Notes: a model not told the origin generated them from the letters alone. A stretch of DNA of 64,000 bases from an uncultured delta proteobacterium (GCA_963724765.1 CAVRVY010000002.1:32001-96000); one strand, 5' to 3'. Shown: positions 1 through 10,133, counted from the first letter of the stretch. Program-made: numbers and translations.

Positions 1-111
1 TGCGAACGGGCACGCGTTCGACTCGACCGGCTTTGACCCTTTCCACTAGGGTGGCTTCGGTTGTATCTACAACCGCCGAAGCGGGCACGAAGAGGGTGGG
101 TTGTGTCCGTC

Positions 112-1245
112 TTACCGGCCAGAGGACTTCCGCAAACATTCCGGGGTCAAGCGAGTGCGACGATTCCGGAAATCAGACAGACCATAGACGCGGCGGACGT
201 TGTCGCCCAGGACGTCGCGCCGGCGCTGTGGGTCGGCTATCCTGGCGCCGAATTTCTCGAGCTCCTCGATATAGTTGCCGGTATGATCGGGATGCGGAAA
301 GTCGGTCGCCCAGAAAAAGCGATCGCTGCCGCACAGATCGACCATCGCGGGCAGTGACTTTTCGTCCGGATCGGCAGACACCCAGACGTTACGCCTGAAA
401 TAGAAGCTTGGCTTTTCCTTCAGCGGAACGCCGCGTCCCATGACGCTGTCGTAGACCGCGTCCATCCGGTCGAGCCAGTATTGAATCCATCCGGCACCGA
501 CTTCAAGAATCACGATCTTGAGCTTCGGGAACTTGTCAAAGGTGCCATATTGCATGAAGCTCGCGAGCGCATGACGGATCGCGTCGGACGCGGTGACGTT
601 GAGGAACCAATGCTGCTTGCGCACATACTCTTTGTCGTAACGGCCCGGCCAGCACCATTGCGGTTCGAGCGAGACGTGAATGCCGAGCGGAACATCAAGT
701 TCCTGCGCCTTGGCGAAAAGCACGTCGTGGTCGGTATGCGCGTGGGGCTTGCGATTCATCGTGAACTGCACGACCCATCCGCCCATGTGGCCGTCCTTAA
801 CGGCGCGTTCGAGTTCGTCGGCGGCGGCCTTCGGATCACCCAATGACAAGTGTGCCACGGGAATCAGACGTCCGCCGCTATCAGCACACCAATCAGTGAT
901 CCAGCGATTGTACGCCCGACACATCGCCTGCGCATAGTCCGCGTCGTCGCACTCGGTTTCCCACGTCAGCTCGAGGCTCGGGTAAATGATGGCGGCATCG
1001 AGGCCCTCGAGATCCAGGCGTTCGATACGCTCCTTGGCGTCGGCGGCGCCGAGCGGAAGCCGCTCGCCATATTTTATTCGCGGATCGAACTCCCCTTTTT
1101 CACGCGTCACCTGGCCCATCTGCGCAACCACGCCGAAGTTGCCGCCGCGGCTTACGCGCGAAGGCACGCCGTTGATTTCGAGATACTCGAGTCCGTCCTT
1201 GTCCTGCTTCATGCGGACCGCATTAGCCCGGTACTTGGCCTCGGG
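112..1245 (-). pseudogene. amidohydrolase family (Amidohydro_2) protein, N-terminus missing or garbled
   Basis: Motifs RAYNRW, LGIH, FDKFPKLKIVILEVGAGW, FWATDFPHPD. The frame runs upstream of the ATG (PEAKYRANAVR-MKQ) to a stop at 1246-1248, with no intact N-terminal DxDxH metal motif. Confidence 0.75.
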
Positions 1246-1541
1246 CTATGGACGCTGCTCGAGCTTGCGCCATCGCCCAGCGTTGCGCGGCGCTTGCGAC
1301 CGAAGCGTGTCGAGCGCCTGCTGCACGCGGACCGCATTCGGCGCCTCAGCGCGGAAGAAGTCGTTTCCGCACTCCAGGCGCCGGCCCTGACAGTGGCCCC
1401 CGGCGTAGCCGATGCGGCCTCCGAACATATCGCCTTGCTCCTACCACCGCGCCGACTTTTCCGGTCCACCGCGAAAGCGCTCACTCCGTTAAGCTTCACA
1501 ATCTTGTCATGAAACTCGCCCTGACGCCGGCCGCCTCGTGG

Positions 1542-1826
1542 TCAGATAATGGGTACGGTCTCGTCGAGCAGCGCCAGCATCGCCGTCCTGATCGCGCCGG
1601 GCAGCGCTTCGAATCGGTTCACGGTGTACAGCCGGTAGACGTTCCGGATGGCGCGCTCGCGATCACCGGCAGCCTTCTCGACGGCGTGGCGCAGGCGCCT
1701 GAACTCGTCGGATCCGCCGAGCATCCGAGCCCTGTCACCTTTCTGCTGATAGGTCTTGTTCGCGCCCATTATGTAGACGTTCACCCTCCATCGAAGTTGC
1801 TTCCAATAAAAAGCCGTGTCCCCCAC
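1542..1826 (-). CDS. hypothetical protein
   Basis: ORF with GGAGG upstream of internal GTG/ATG starts; no recognised motif. Confidence 0.35.
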   Translation of the reverse strand: MGDTAFYWKQLRWRVNVYIMGANKTYQQKGDRARMLGGSDEFRRLRHAVEKAAGDRERAIRNVYRLYTVNRFEALPGAIRTAMLALLDETVPII

Positions 1827-1874
1827 TCACCCCATAGTCCAATCCCGGGCCGGCGACCAAACCCGCGGCTGGGC

Positions 1875-1892
1875 GTTACTTTCGAAAGTAAC
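1875..1892. promoter_or_regulatory. perfect 18-bp palindrome GTTACTTTCGAAAGTAAC (operator or hairpin)
   Basis: Self-complementary, with outer arms gcggct/agccgc; lies between divergent ORFs. Confidence 0.45.
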
Positions 1893-2086
1893 CAAGCCGC
1901 CCGCGGTTAGGTTGAACGGTCCGCGTTGTGCTAGTCGTGTTCTATGGTTAGCGGCAACCGCCCCAGCCGACACGACCGCACGCATCTCCGGCTGGGGGCG
2001 GAACGGGCTACCCTAACGGCAGCCGCCCCGCCCGCGCGCCGGATGGTGACCGCGGTGGGGATTGGCTTCGGTGGAAAGGAATTCAG

Positions 2087-2305
2087 ATGAAAAGTGAAGA
2101 TGCCTCCAAAACGTCGCACTATACGGGGCCGATCAACGTCATGACCCTGCGCGAAGTTTCAGTTTACTTGCGAGTGCATCCGACCACGATCTACCGGATG
2201 CTGAAGCGCCATCAGCTTCCAGCGTTTCACGTGGGCAGTGACTGGCGCTTCAACATCGAAGCCATCGACCACTGGCGCTTGCAGCAGGGGAAGCCGGGCG
2301 ATTAG
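2087..2305 (+). CDS. excisionase-like helix-turn-helix (HTH_17) DNA-binding protein
   Basis: MTLREVSVYLRVHPTTIYRMLKRHQLPAFHVGSDWRF; paralog at 37818-38099. Confidence 0.85.
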   Translation: MKSEDASKTSHYTGPINVMTLREVSVYLRVHPTTIYRMLKRHQLPAFHVGSDWRFNIEAIDHWRLQQGKPGD

Positions 2306-3276
2306 TCGGCTCCTCGTTTGTGTGAGTCCACGGCGCGACGCCCAATTGCTTCGGACTCGGATACCATGTTGCTCCGAGGGCGTCGTAAGCCATATCGCCG
2401 CAATCGCGGACTCTGCAAGTGGCAGTCGCAGGAACAGTTACCTTTGCAGCGCTCGTGCTCTCCCGTTGAGCAGACAACGGTGTTCGAGCCCGGATACGGC
2501 CAGCTCGTGCTCATCCCTTAAGTGCCTCCGAGTAAAAAGATAGGAACTCGTTTAACCCAAACCGAACGCGTTGTGAGGAAGTTCCCAAGGGGTCGTTTTC
2601 GCGCGGATTCGAGTTAATATGGTCCCGTGAGTGACGAGGCTGCGACAGAAATAGCGCCTGCCCAACCGCGGACCCCATCGCGCGCCGCCCGAAAGCGCGA
2701 CGAGCGCGTGCGTAGAGTCGTGCGGCGCATCAAAAAGCACGCCACCAGACTCGACCAGCCGCATTTCGCAACGCTGCTCTACACTTACGGCACTTTTCCC
2801 TTAGTAACATGAGCCAACGCCGGATTTGTTGGGACCAATGCTGTAGCCTTCGATGTATTTGCTGTTCTTGGGGGCAAAGCGCGCGGGCATCAGGGGTCGG
2901 TGAACACCGAGTAGCACCAAGGACGGCCCGCCGACCGTCGGCGATGTCGAGAAATGGATCGAGCCGGGCGAGTCCTGATAAACCCGCTTCCCGCGTACAT
3001 CACGCGCCAAATTTCACCGGTTGGGTGATCGGAGCGGCGTGAAACGCTTGAGCTTTCGGCGGTGATGTGCGGCCAGTTCCTTGCCGAAGACGCGCCCCTT
3101 TTTCCACTTTGAGCGCATGATCTTGCGCGCTACGCCTTTACCTTTCGATGGCCGTCGGATGATCACTGTCCGATTCCCCCGTTCGAGTGCCGATGGTGAG
3201 CGCGCCGGTAGGACTGCGCATCGGCCTGCGGCGCGATGACGAATACCAATACACCGACGAGCAGTGCGACCGGGGC

Positions 3277-3408
3277 GCCGATCGTCCGCCGTTGGCGCAG
3301 AAACTTGGGCAGGATATCGCGCTCGAAAAAGACCCCCGGATGCACCGGCGCGCGCGTGATCTTATCGCGTTCAACCGCAAATTCTTCGGTCATCGTCTTC
3401 GTCTCCAT
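3277..3408 (-). pseudogene. higA: HigA-family antitoxin, N-terminal fragment
   Basis: RAPVHPGVFFERDIL (HPG motif); after ~44 codons it joins unrelated signal-peptide-like sequence. Confidence 0.65.
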
Positions 3409-3468
3409 TGTCTCCGTCTCGCTTGGTGTTGCCCCTGTCCATCACCGCCGCGCGACTTGCGCGTCTGG

Positions 3469-3570
3469 CTAGTGGTACTGTTCGAGATCGACTCGCCGGG
3501 CGCGTGGAGCATCCCACTCGAACGTGATGCACCACGGGCCGTTGATGTGAATGCTGTGGCGCACCGGCTT
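3469..3570 (-). pseudogene. higB: HigB-family (RelE/ParE) toxin, C-terminal fragment
   Basis: Manual translation KPVRHSIHINGPWCITFEWDAPRARRVDLEQYH*, a typical HigB C-terminus, directly upstream of the higA fragment. Confidence 0.7.
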
Positions 3571-3945
3571 GCTACACACGCTCGTGCTGAAAACTCCGAC
3601 AGCGGCGAAAATTCACCCTATTCCGACGACGACAACGATGGCGACGACTTAGCGTTTATCGAGCCAGAGGGCTAAACGGTGGTGGCGTGGGTACTCGCAT
3701 CAATGGCGCGAGCCCTGGCTGATGAGCGTACCCTCGCTGCTGATGAACAGTTCTTCGCGCAGTCCATGACCCTCGCTTCACTAAATCGGGCAAGGATGAA
3801 GTGATCGACCCCGGAGTTGTGGACAAGCGCATTCCGCGTGGGAGTGATTGATCTTTTCTAGCGCCTCGGGTCATGCCCCGGCAATCGCGGGATGCGGCGC
3901 CGTCGTGCGCGCGCGGCCGCGGCCGCACACGCGGGGTATGCCGCT

Positions 3946-4223
3946 TCAGTCGGCGACCATCCTGATACGCCGGATGCCGCAGTGTGGCTCGATCCCCATG
4001 TACTGGTAGTAACGCTGATGGTATTCCTCGGCGCGATAGAATATCGCGGCTGGAACAATCTGGGTGACGATGGGTCTGCCGAGCACACCCGATTCGTCGA
4101 GACGCTTCAGTGAGGTTTCCGCCGCCGCCTTCTGTCTGAAGTCGTGGTAGAAGATCACCGAGCGATATTGAGTGCCGACATCGGGTCCCTGCCGATTCAC
4201 CGTGGTCGGGTCGTGAATTTCCC
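3946..4223 (-). pseudogene. msrA: peptide methionine sulfoxide reductase A, C-terminal half
   Basis: [26 protein letters not shown]...[12 protein letters not shown]; the GCFW active-site half is absent. Confidence 0.9.
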
Positions 4224-4578
4224 GCCCGGTGGGAAGGGCCAGCTACAGACCGCTGGTCCGATACAAGAGCTTTCTCTATCAGGCGGCCAGTTGGAAGACG
4301 GCGCGGCGGGTGGTGGCGAAGGTAGAGTTCCACTTCGGCGAGTTGTTTCCCCGTGTCGGATTCATCGTGACTAATCTTACAGCTTCAAACCGGGCGGTGG
4401 TGCGGTTCTATAACAAGCGCGGCAGGGCGGAACAGTGGATCAAGGAAGGCAAGCAAGCGGTCGCGATGACGCGGCTTAGCTGTCACCGCTTCCGCTCCAA
4501 TGAAGTGCGGCTGTGGCTGAGCGTGATTGCTTATAACCTCGGGAACTTGTGGCGCCGGCTGGCGCTGCCGACGCAGAT
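4224..4578 (+). pseudogene. IS1380-family transposase, internal fragment
   Basis: YQAASWKTARRVVAKVEFHFGELFPRVGFIVTNL...FYNKRGRAEQWIKEGK...CHRFRSNEVRL; no IS ends. Confidence 0.85.
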
Positions 4579-4942
4579 GTCGAAGAGTTCACCTACCCAG
4601 CCCAAAGGCTCCCTTGATCGTGGCAAGCCGCAGCCGCAGAAAACGTTTCACACCCCTCTTCGTAGGCCATCATGGCGAGCGCTCTTCGGAGCCCGGATTA
4701 CATTCATCTGGATCCACATGAAACCGAATCGCGGTCGCGGAACTATTCGCTCCCTAGATAATGGGCAGGGCCGACTATCGGTCAGCCTGCTTTCTAAAAT
4801 TGGCTGTAACACAGAAGTGCCATCGCGGGAGGCGCTACGGCGGTACACTTTCGTGTGTCAAACGCGCATTTTCGTTCCAGAAATAACTAACGCATACCGA
4901 ACGTATGACCAGCGATCCACACCAGTATGGTAGATTGGCGCG

Positions 4943-5689
4943 ATGCGCGCCGCGCGAGTGTCAGGATTCCGAAGATTACGGGAACTTAAGAACATATCTT
5001 GGCTGTCGTCCCGCCAGCTGAATAGACTTGGCGATGCGCTGACGATAAGCAGGATTCAAAAGCGCGGCGTCATTTTCGATGAGAAGCACTCTCCTGAATC
5101 CGCTTACGTCTTACTCTCGGGGGTCGCGCGCATTACCTGCCGCAATCGCAAGGGCGATCGCACGCTGATGATGATGGTCGCGCCGGGCATGATTCCAGGT
5201 CTTCCCGAGGTGATTGCGGGAATCAGATATGACTTCCGCTGCGAAGCAGTTACCGACTGCCAAGTGGGAAACGTCACTCTGGCGACATTCATCGAAATCG
5301 CTCTGGGAATCGCATCTGCAGACTTCAAGCGCATGGCCGCCAGCTATTCGGGACCATGGGATCTATTGCAGTTGCGTTGCGCGAATTTCCCGGGCTGCAC
5401 GCTGGAAGAACGAGTCGCATTGACACTGCTGGAGCTAAGCGAGAATTTCGGTATGCGCGATCGACGAGGGGTGCGACTAAAACTGCCAGCTACGCACAAG
5501 GATCTTGCTGAACTGGTCGGCGCGACACGTCCGCGGGTGACCGAGCATCTCATCAGCTTTGAACGCAAGCACCTGATTGTACGCGACGGACGGCAGTTGA
5601 TTCTTAGACGCGACCGGCTGGAGAGCTTTCTTGAGGAGAGAGCTCCATCCTCCAACCTCGGCGACGCTGGAGATTTCCTCGGGCCGTAG
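4943..5689 (+). CDS. Crp/Fnr-family transcriptional regulator
   Basis: cNMP-type domain (AYVLLSGVARI) plus HTH (THKDLAELVGATRPRVT). Confidence 0.85.
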   Translation: MRAARVSGFRRLRELKNISWLSSRQLNRLGDALTISRIQKRGVIFDEKHSPESAYVLLSGVARITCRNRKGDRTLMMMVAPGMIPGLPEVIAGIRYDFRCEAVTDCQVGNVTLATFIEIALGIASADFKRMAASYSGPWDLLQLRCANFPGCTLEERVALTLLELSENFGMRDRRGVRLKLPATHKDLAELVGATRPRVTEHLISFERKHLIVRDGRQLILRRDRLESFLEERAPSSNLGDAGDFLGP

Positions 5690-5881
5690 CCCTTCAGAGG
5701 TCTTAGTCTTTGAGGCTGTGCGGCCACACCGCTCGAAAGCGGCCGAGGAGAAAATTTCGTTGCGAGCCCCTACCAGGCGGCAAATTTCGCAGATTCGGTT
5801 TGCGAGAGGTAGGACGAGAATTGAACGAACGTACGCTCGATGCGAAGGCGGTCATGGGCAAAATGCCCCGGAGGTATAGCC

Positions 5882-6865
5882 ATGCCAAGTGAAGTATTGC
5901 GAGAGCTCATTCTAGAACTTACCGAACCCGATCGGCTTGAAATCATCCGCGAGGCAGGGACACCTGACGATAGGCCGTCGCTCTTGCGCGGGGAGGCGGA
6001 GGAAGGACTGGTGGAAGAGGCCGATGCTTGGGTGACTCAGAATGGAGCCAAGATACTTCCGTACCTCTTGCGAAGAATCGATCCTTCAGACGATGAGATG
6101 GTCCAGCTTGTTCAAAGCGGAATCTTGCCTTTTGACCGTACTCTGCTGGAGCCGCGCGAATTTCTTGTTCGGTTTAGCCACCCGGCGATGCGCGGTGCTC
6201 TCGATGGTGGGCTGCCACTTTCCGAAATCGCAGCCACCTCGTTGGCTCTGACCGAACTCATTACCTCGCTGTTGGCGGCAAATCGCTCCTTTGGCGCGGA
6301 TGCGGTGATGCCGACTGTACGGATTGCTGCGGGCTCGGTTGACTTTCTCACCACGGGTCCTGGTCTCATCGGTGGTGGGTTGAGTTTACTCGCTGTGTGC
6401 GGGGTCGGCGTGATTTCTGCCCCCGTCATACCAGGAACGGCTGTCACGGGTGCGATCGATTTGGCGCTGAATTGGCAGAAGCAAAGTTCCGAAAAGGGAA
6501 GAAGCGACGCTGAGCGCGCGAAAACCGATGCCGAGAGGGCACGAGCGGATGCCGAGAGGGCAAGAGCCAATGCCAAAAAGATCGAAGCAGAAACAATCGG
6601 CCAGGAACTAGAGAATGAAATGAAGCGCATCCGACTGGGCAACTTGCCGGCTCAAGCGGAAGCCCATCGGGCGGTGAAGGCGGAAACGCCTCCGGCGTCA
6701 TTCTTTGTTCCTTTTGCGCTGATTGAGCGAAGCTCCCGGGAAAATGGCTTGGCGGCAGGGCACGGTGTTCATCTAGTCAATCGAGCATTGCCGTCGCTAT
6801 TCGGAATTCTGCGAGTGATGCCCGGACTGCTGATTTCCGTTGAAAATAATGCGGGGAATAGTTAG
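5882..6865 (+). CDS. hypothetical protein with Gly-rich hydrophobic segment and heptad repeats
   Basis: GGAGGT RBS before ATG 5882; GPGLIGGGLSLLAVCGVG segment; DAERAK/DAERAR repeats. Confidence 0.65.
   Translation: MPSEVLRELILELTEPDRLEIIREAGTPDDRPSLLRGEAEEGLVEEADAWVTQNGAKILPYLLRRIDPSDDEMVQLVQSGILPFDRTLLEPREFLVRFSHPAMRGALDGGLPLSEIAATSLALTELITSLLAANRSFGADAVMPTVRIAAGSVDFLTTGPGLIGGGLSLLAVCGVGVISAPVIPGTAVTGAIDLALNWQKQSSEKGRSDAERAKTDAERARADAERARANAKKIEAETIGQELENEMKRIRLGNLPAQAEAHRAVKAETPPASFFVPFALIERSSRENGLAAGHGVHLVNRALPSLFGILRVMPGLLISVENNAGNS
6506..6589 (+). repeat. in-frame 21-bp tandem repeats (3-4 units)
   Basis: gacgctgagcgcgcgaaaacc / gatgccgagagggcacgagcg / gatgccgagagggcaagagcc / aatgccaaaaagatcgaagca. 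Confidence 0.8.
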
Positions 6866-7273
6866 CAGCGGCCGACGATGGGCTGGCCCCCCTCTCGCGC
6901 GCCGCGAACGACACGCCGCGCAAATCTCACGGCGCCACTAAAACATTCACGCGCCCACCTCACGCCTAAATTTTACCGGCGGCGAAAATTTTTATAGCAA
7001 CTTGAACAAAATAATTTGACATACTCACACGGCTAGCGTTTGCGATCTGTCTAGGTGACTTGCGCACCTTCGCATCCATTGGTAACATAACATTAGTTGA
7101 TCGCGGGGCGAGCGCGAGTATTAAGTTATCGCGACTCGAAGTCGGCCAGGGGCTACAGGGGAACGTTGCGCGGGATAGCCGCGCACCTTTGTGGCCCTGG
7201 TTTTTTTTAGCGGCGAAGAATCGAGGTGTAAGCGCCGGAGAGAAAATCCCCCAGTGAAGCAGCCGGATAGACC

Positions 7274-7535
7274 TGTCCCTACTGAAAACTCGGAAAGCAT
7301 CGAAAGGTCTGGCGATTTATCTTGCCCTGCCATAGGGTCGCGGGCATGCTTGCATTCATCTCGGAACTTCTGTCATGGCTCGCTGGTCGGTTCCGCAACC
7401 GCGCGTAGTTGGAGCTCGAGATCATTGCGCTTCGGCACCAACTGGCAGTTCTGCGTCGCCAGCGTCCCGGACGGCCCCGGCTCTCCGCGCTCGATCGTCT
7501 ACTTTGGATCTGGCTCTACCGGGTCTGGTCGAGCG
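7274..7535 (+). mobile_element. IS remnant: left end plus N-terminal transposase fragment, same family as 7995-9209
   Basis: End-like tgtccctactgaaaactc; MLAFISELLSWLAGRFRNRA*LELEIIALRHQLAVLRRQRPGRPRL with an internal stop. Confidence 0.7.
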
Positions 7536-7580
7536 ACTTGAACAGCTATGCAGATTTCCCGAGAGATAAAGGCGGCCTTC

Positions 7581-7697
7581 TCACTCGATGCCCAGCACTC
7601 TTTTCTGAGCTGCCCAGTCGAGCGGCAACGCGGTGCGTTTGAGCAGTGTCTGCGCGGTAAGCTCCCTCGGCTGGCGACCTTCAACGATGGCCTCGAT
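7581..7697 (-). pseudogene. large serine recombinase, extreme C-terminal fragment
   Basis: Manual translation IEAIVEGRQPRELTAQTLLKRTALPLDWAAQKRVLGIE* aligns with VEAIVEGRQPADLS...LPPLWSAQQQALE of 24592-26280. Confidence 0.8.
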
Positions 7698-7722
7698 TTG
7701 TAAACTCCTACGGGTGTCGACA

Positions 7723-7994
7723 CTACTCGCGTCCCATGAAACCCTCGAGGTTACGCGAGCGTCCGGTCTGGCGCAGCTTACGCAGCGCCTTGGCCTCGAT
7801 CTGTCGAATGCGTTCGCGTGTCACCGCGAATTGCTTGCCGACCTCTTCTAGCGTGTAGTCTGTCTTTTGACCGATGCCGAAGCGCATGCGCAGGATCTGC
7901 TCCTCGCGCGGCGTCAGCGTTGCCAGCACTTTGCGGGTCTGTTCGCCCAGGTTGCTCTGGATCGCGGTCTCCATCGGCGAGGGCGCCAGCTCAT
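7723..7994 (-). pseudogene. rpoD: primary sigma-70 factor, region 4 fragment
   Basis: [18 protein letters not shown]...[28 protein letters not shown]; cut exactly at the IS end at 7995. Confidence 0.9.
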
Positions 7995-9209
7995 TGTCGT
8001 CCGCAAAAACTCGACGACCCTCATGCAGCGCGAGCCAGGAGGCTGTACTCGTGATGAAGTCCGTTCAGGACGGGGTGCGCCACAACTCGGCTTGATCGGT
8101 CGAAACGATGTCTCTGGTGTTGCAAACGCACGCGGAAATTTAGGGGCGGATCGGGCAGGCCGGGCCCCAAAGAAGAGTGCGGTCGGCCTCGATTGTAGTG
8201 CGGTAGCCAAGACCGTAGAGCTTTTCGAAGATGCTCCTCGGTCAAGGGGATAATCCAATCCAGACACTCACGCCGGAGTGTCCCGATTAGTCTTTCGCAG
8301 AGCGAATTCGCCTGCGGGCTGCGTATGGGTGTTTGGATGACCTCAACGCCCGTGCGCGCTACCGAAGCATCGAATCCGGGGGAGAAGATCGCGTCGTGGT
8401 CATGAAGGATAAACCGGTATGTGTGGTCTGACGGAATTGCTTCACGCAGCTGTTGAAGGGTCCAGGCTGCGGTTGGATGGGCAGTCGCGTTGATGTGAAT
8501 AATTCGGCGTGAGGCATGTTCCATGACCACGAGCACGTAGAGAATTCGAAAAGTGGCGCTCGCTACGACGCAGAAGTCACAGGCGATGATGGCCTCGGCG
8601 TGATTCTTAAGAAAGGTTGACCAACGCTGATCGCGGCGAGGGTTGCCGGGCGGTGCGGCCGGCAACTTTGGCAGATACTTCCGGATCGTGCGCGGCGACA
8701 CGCGCAGGCCGAGTTTCAGCGACAACTCGTTCGCAATTCGTTCCTCGCCCCACGAGGGGTTCGCACGAGCCATCTTGCGGATCAGGCGTTGGAGCTCCGG
8801 CGGAATCCGCGGCCGGCCAGATTGGCATTTCCGACGCCAGAAAAGCTGGAAGCCCTTGCGGTGCCAACCGATGAAAGTTTTGGGTCTCACGACGGTCAAT
8901 GCGCTTTGCCAATTGAACCAGCGGCTGAGCCACAGGAGGGTCAAGCGTGTTGGATAAGAGATCCGGCGAGGCCTGATTCTGCGTTCCTTGTAGAACGCGA
9001 GCTGTTTTGCGCAGCAAGAGATTCTCGGCCGCGAGCGAGCTTTTAGATCGTAAAGTGATGATCAAAAAGCGGAACAAGTCGGCAAAGAGGTTCAGCCAAA
9101 GCAGGCAGGATCTCATCATGGACCGATGGTCCCTATTTTCGGTCTTCTCCTTCAAATTGGTAGCAACTTAGCGCATTTCCAGTCAGGCCGGTAGTTTTTG
9201 CGGAGCACA
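7995..9209 (-). mobile_element. insertion sequence, 1215 bp, TGT...ACA ends (IS481/IS3-like integrase-core type)
   Basis: Terminal inverted repeats tgtcgtccgcaaaaact (7995) and revcomp tgtgctccgcaaaaact (ending 9209); no target-site duplication. Confidence 0.85.
8021..9119 (-). pseudogene. integrase-core (rve) transposase with a frameshift near 9005-9008
   Basis: DDE-type motifs ACDF, HDHD, QANSLCERLIGTLRRECLD, HYNRGRPHSSL; one extra A in cgc aaa A cag separates the N-terminus (LAAENLLLRK) from QLAFYKER. Confidence 0.8.
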
Positions 9210-9335
9210 GGTCTCGGTTTGACCAGCATGGAGGAGCGCGTCCGCATGGTGAACGGCAAATTTGCCATCCAGTCTCGGCCTGGAAGCGGGACCCTGGTCG
9301 AAGTTTATGTGCCCCTGGATGGGAACGTCGCATGA
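9210..9335 (+). pseudogene. NarX/UhpB-type sensor histidine kinase, last 41 aa
   Basis: GLGLTSMEERVRMVNGKFAIQSRPGSGTLVEVYVPL; ATGA overlap with the response regulator; begins at the IS end. Confidence 0.85.
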
Positions 9336-9970
9336 AGCATTCGAGGATACTGCTGGCGGACGATCACGCCGTCGTGGTCGAAGGTTTGCGCAGAATCCTT
9401 GACCGTCCGGAATTCGAAGTGGTGGACGTTGCCGGCGACGGCTGGAGCCTGGTGCAGGCCGCCGCCCGCTTGCACCCCGATGTAATCGTCACCGACATCG
9501 CCATGCCGGGCCTGAACGGAATCGAGGCCGCCCGCAAAATTCACGAACAAGACCAGAAGCCGAAAATCATCTTTCTCACCATGCATCCCGAATCGGTATA
9601 CGCCACGGCGGCCCTTGCGGCCGGGGCCTCCGGCTATGTGCTGAAGAGCGCAGCCGGTGAGGAACTGATCGCTGCCATTCGCGACGCGCTCGAAGGGCGA
9701 ATCTATATTTCGAAACTGGTCGCGCAGTCGAAGGGGCACGTTCGTGAGGTTGCGGGCAAAGCGGGCGGCGCAATCGATGGGCTGACGAGCCGACAACGCG
9801 AAGTGCTCCAATTGCTGGCCAAAGGACTCCAGGCGAAGGAAATCGCCGCCACGCTGAACGTGTCGTCCAAGACCGTGGAGTTTCACAAGTACCGGATCAT
9901 GAACGCGCTCGGTCTGCGCACGGTCGCCGACCTGACCCGCTACGCGATCAAGAACGGAATCGTGGAATAA
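9332..9970 (+). CDS. NarL/FixJ-family response regulator (REC + LuxR HTH)
   Basis: LLADDH, DIAMPGLNG, LTSRQREVLQLLAKG...KTVEFHK. Confidence 0.95.
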   Translation: MKHSRILLADDHAVVVEGLRRILDRPEFEVVDVAGDGWSLVQAAARLHPDVIVTDIAMPGLNGIEAARKIHEQDQKPKIIFLTMHPESVYATAALAAGASGYVLKSAAGEELIAAIRDALEGRIYISKLVAQSKGHVREVAGKAGGAIDGLTSRQREVLQLLAKGLQAKEIAATLNVSSKTVEFHKYRIMNALGLRTVADLTRYAIKNGIVE

Positions 9971-10133
9971 CGGCGCTTGCGCCACTGCCTGGCGCGGTCT
10001 AACCGACGTCTCGCCGGAGTCTGGAATTCGGGCTAGGGATTTTACTAGTCAAATTTCGCATCCGCATCGCCTAAAATTTCTTCAGGTTTCCTATGACGTG
10101 GAACCGAGTCGGGAGGGGTGAGGGGTGGCCACA

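Noticed and set aside
58-75. Inverted repeat cggttgta-tc-tacaaccg
   Set aside because: No U-tract, and context is cut by the window edge; cannot assign.
3740-3850. Minus-strand RNALVH, a HEPN-like RxxxxH motif
   Set aside because: A six-residue motif with no start or further support.
4229-4933. 234-aa ORF as a full transposase
   Set aside because: Only the first ~115 aa are IS1380-like; the rest is read-through, and there are no IS ends.
3001-6995. Similar motifs cacgcgccaaatttcaccgg (3001) and cacgcctaaattttaccgg (6961) as fragment-boundary repeats
   Set aside because: Only two gapped copies, not at the defined junctions; chance cannot be excluded.
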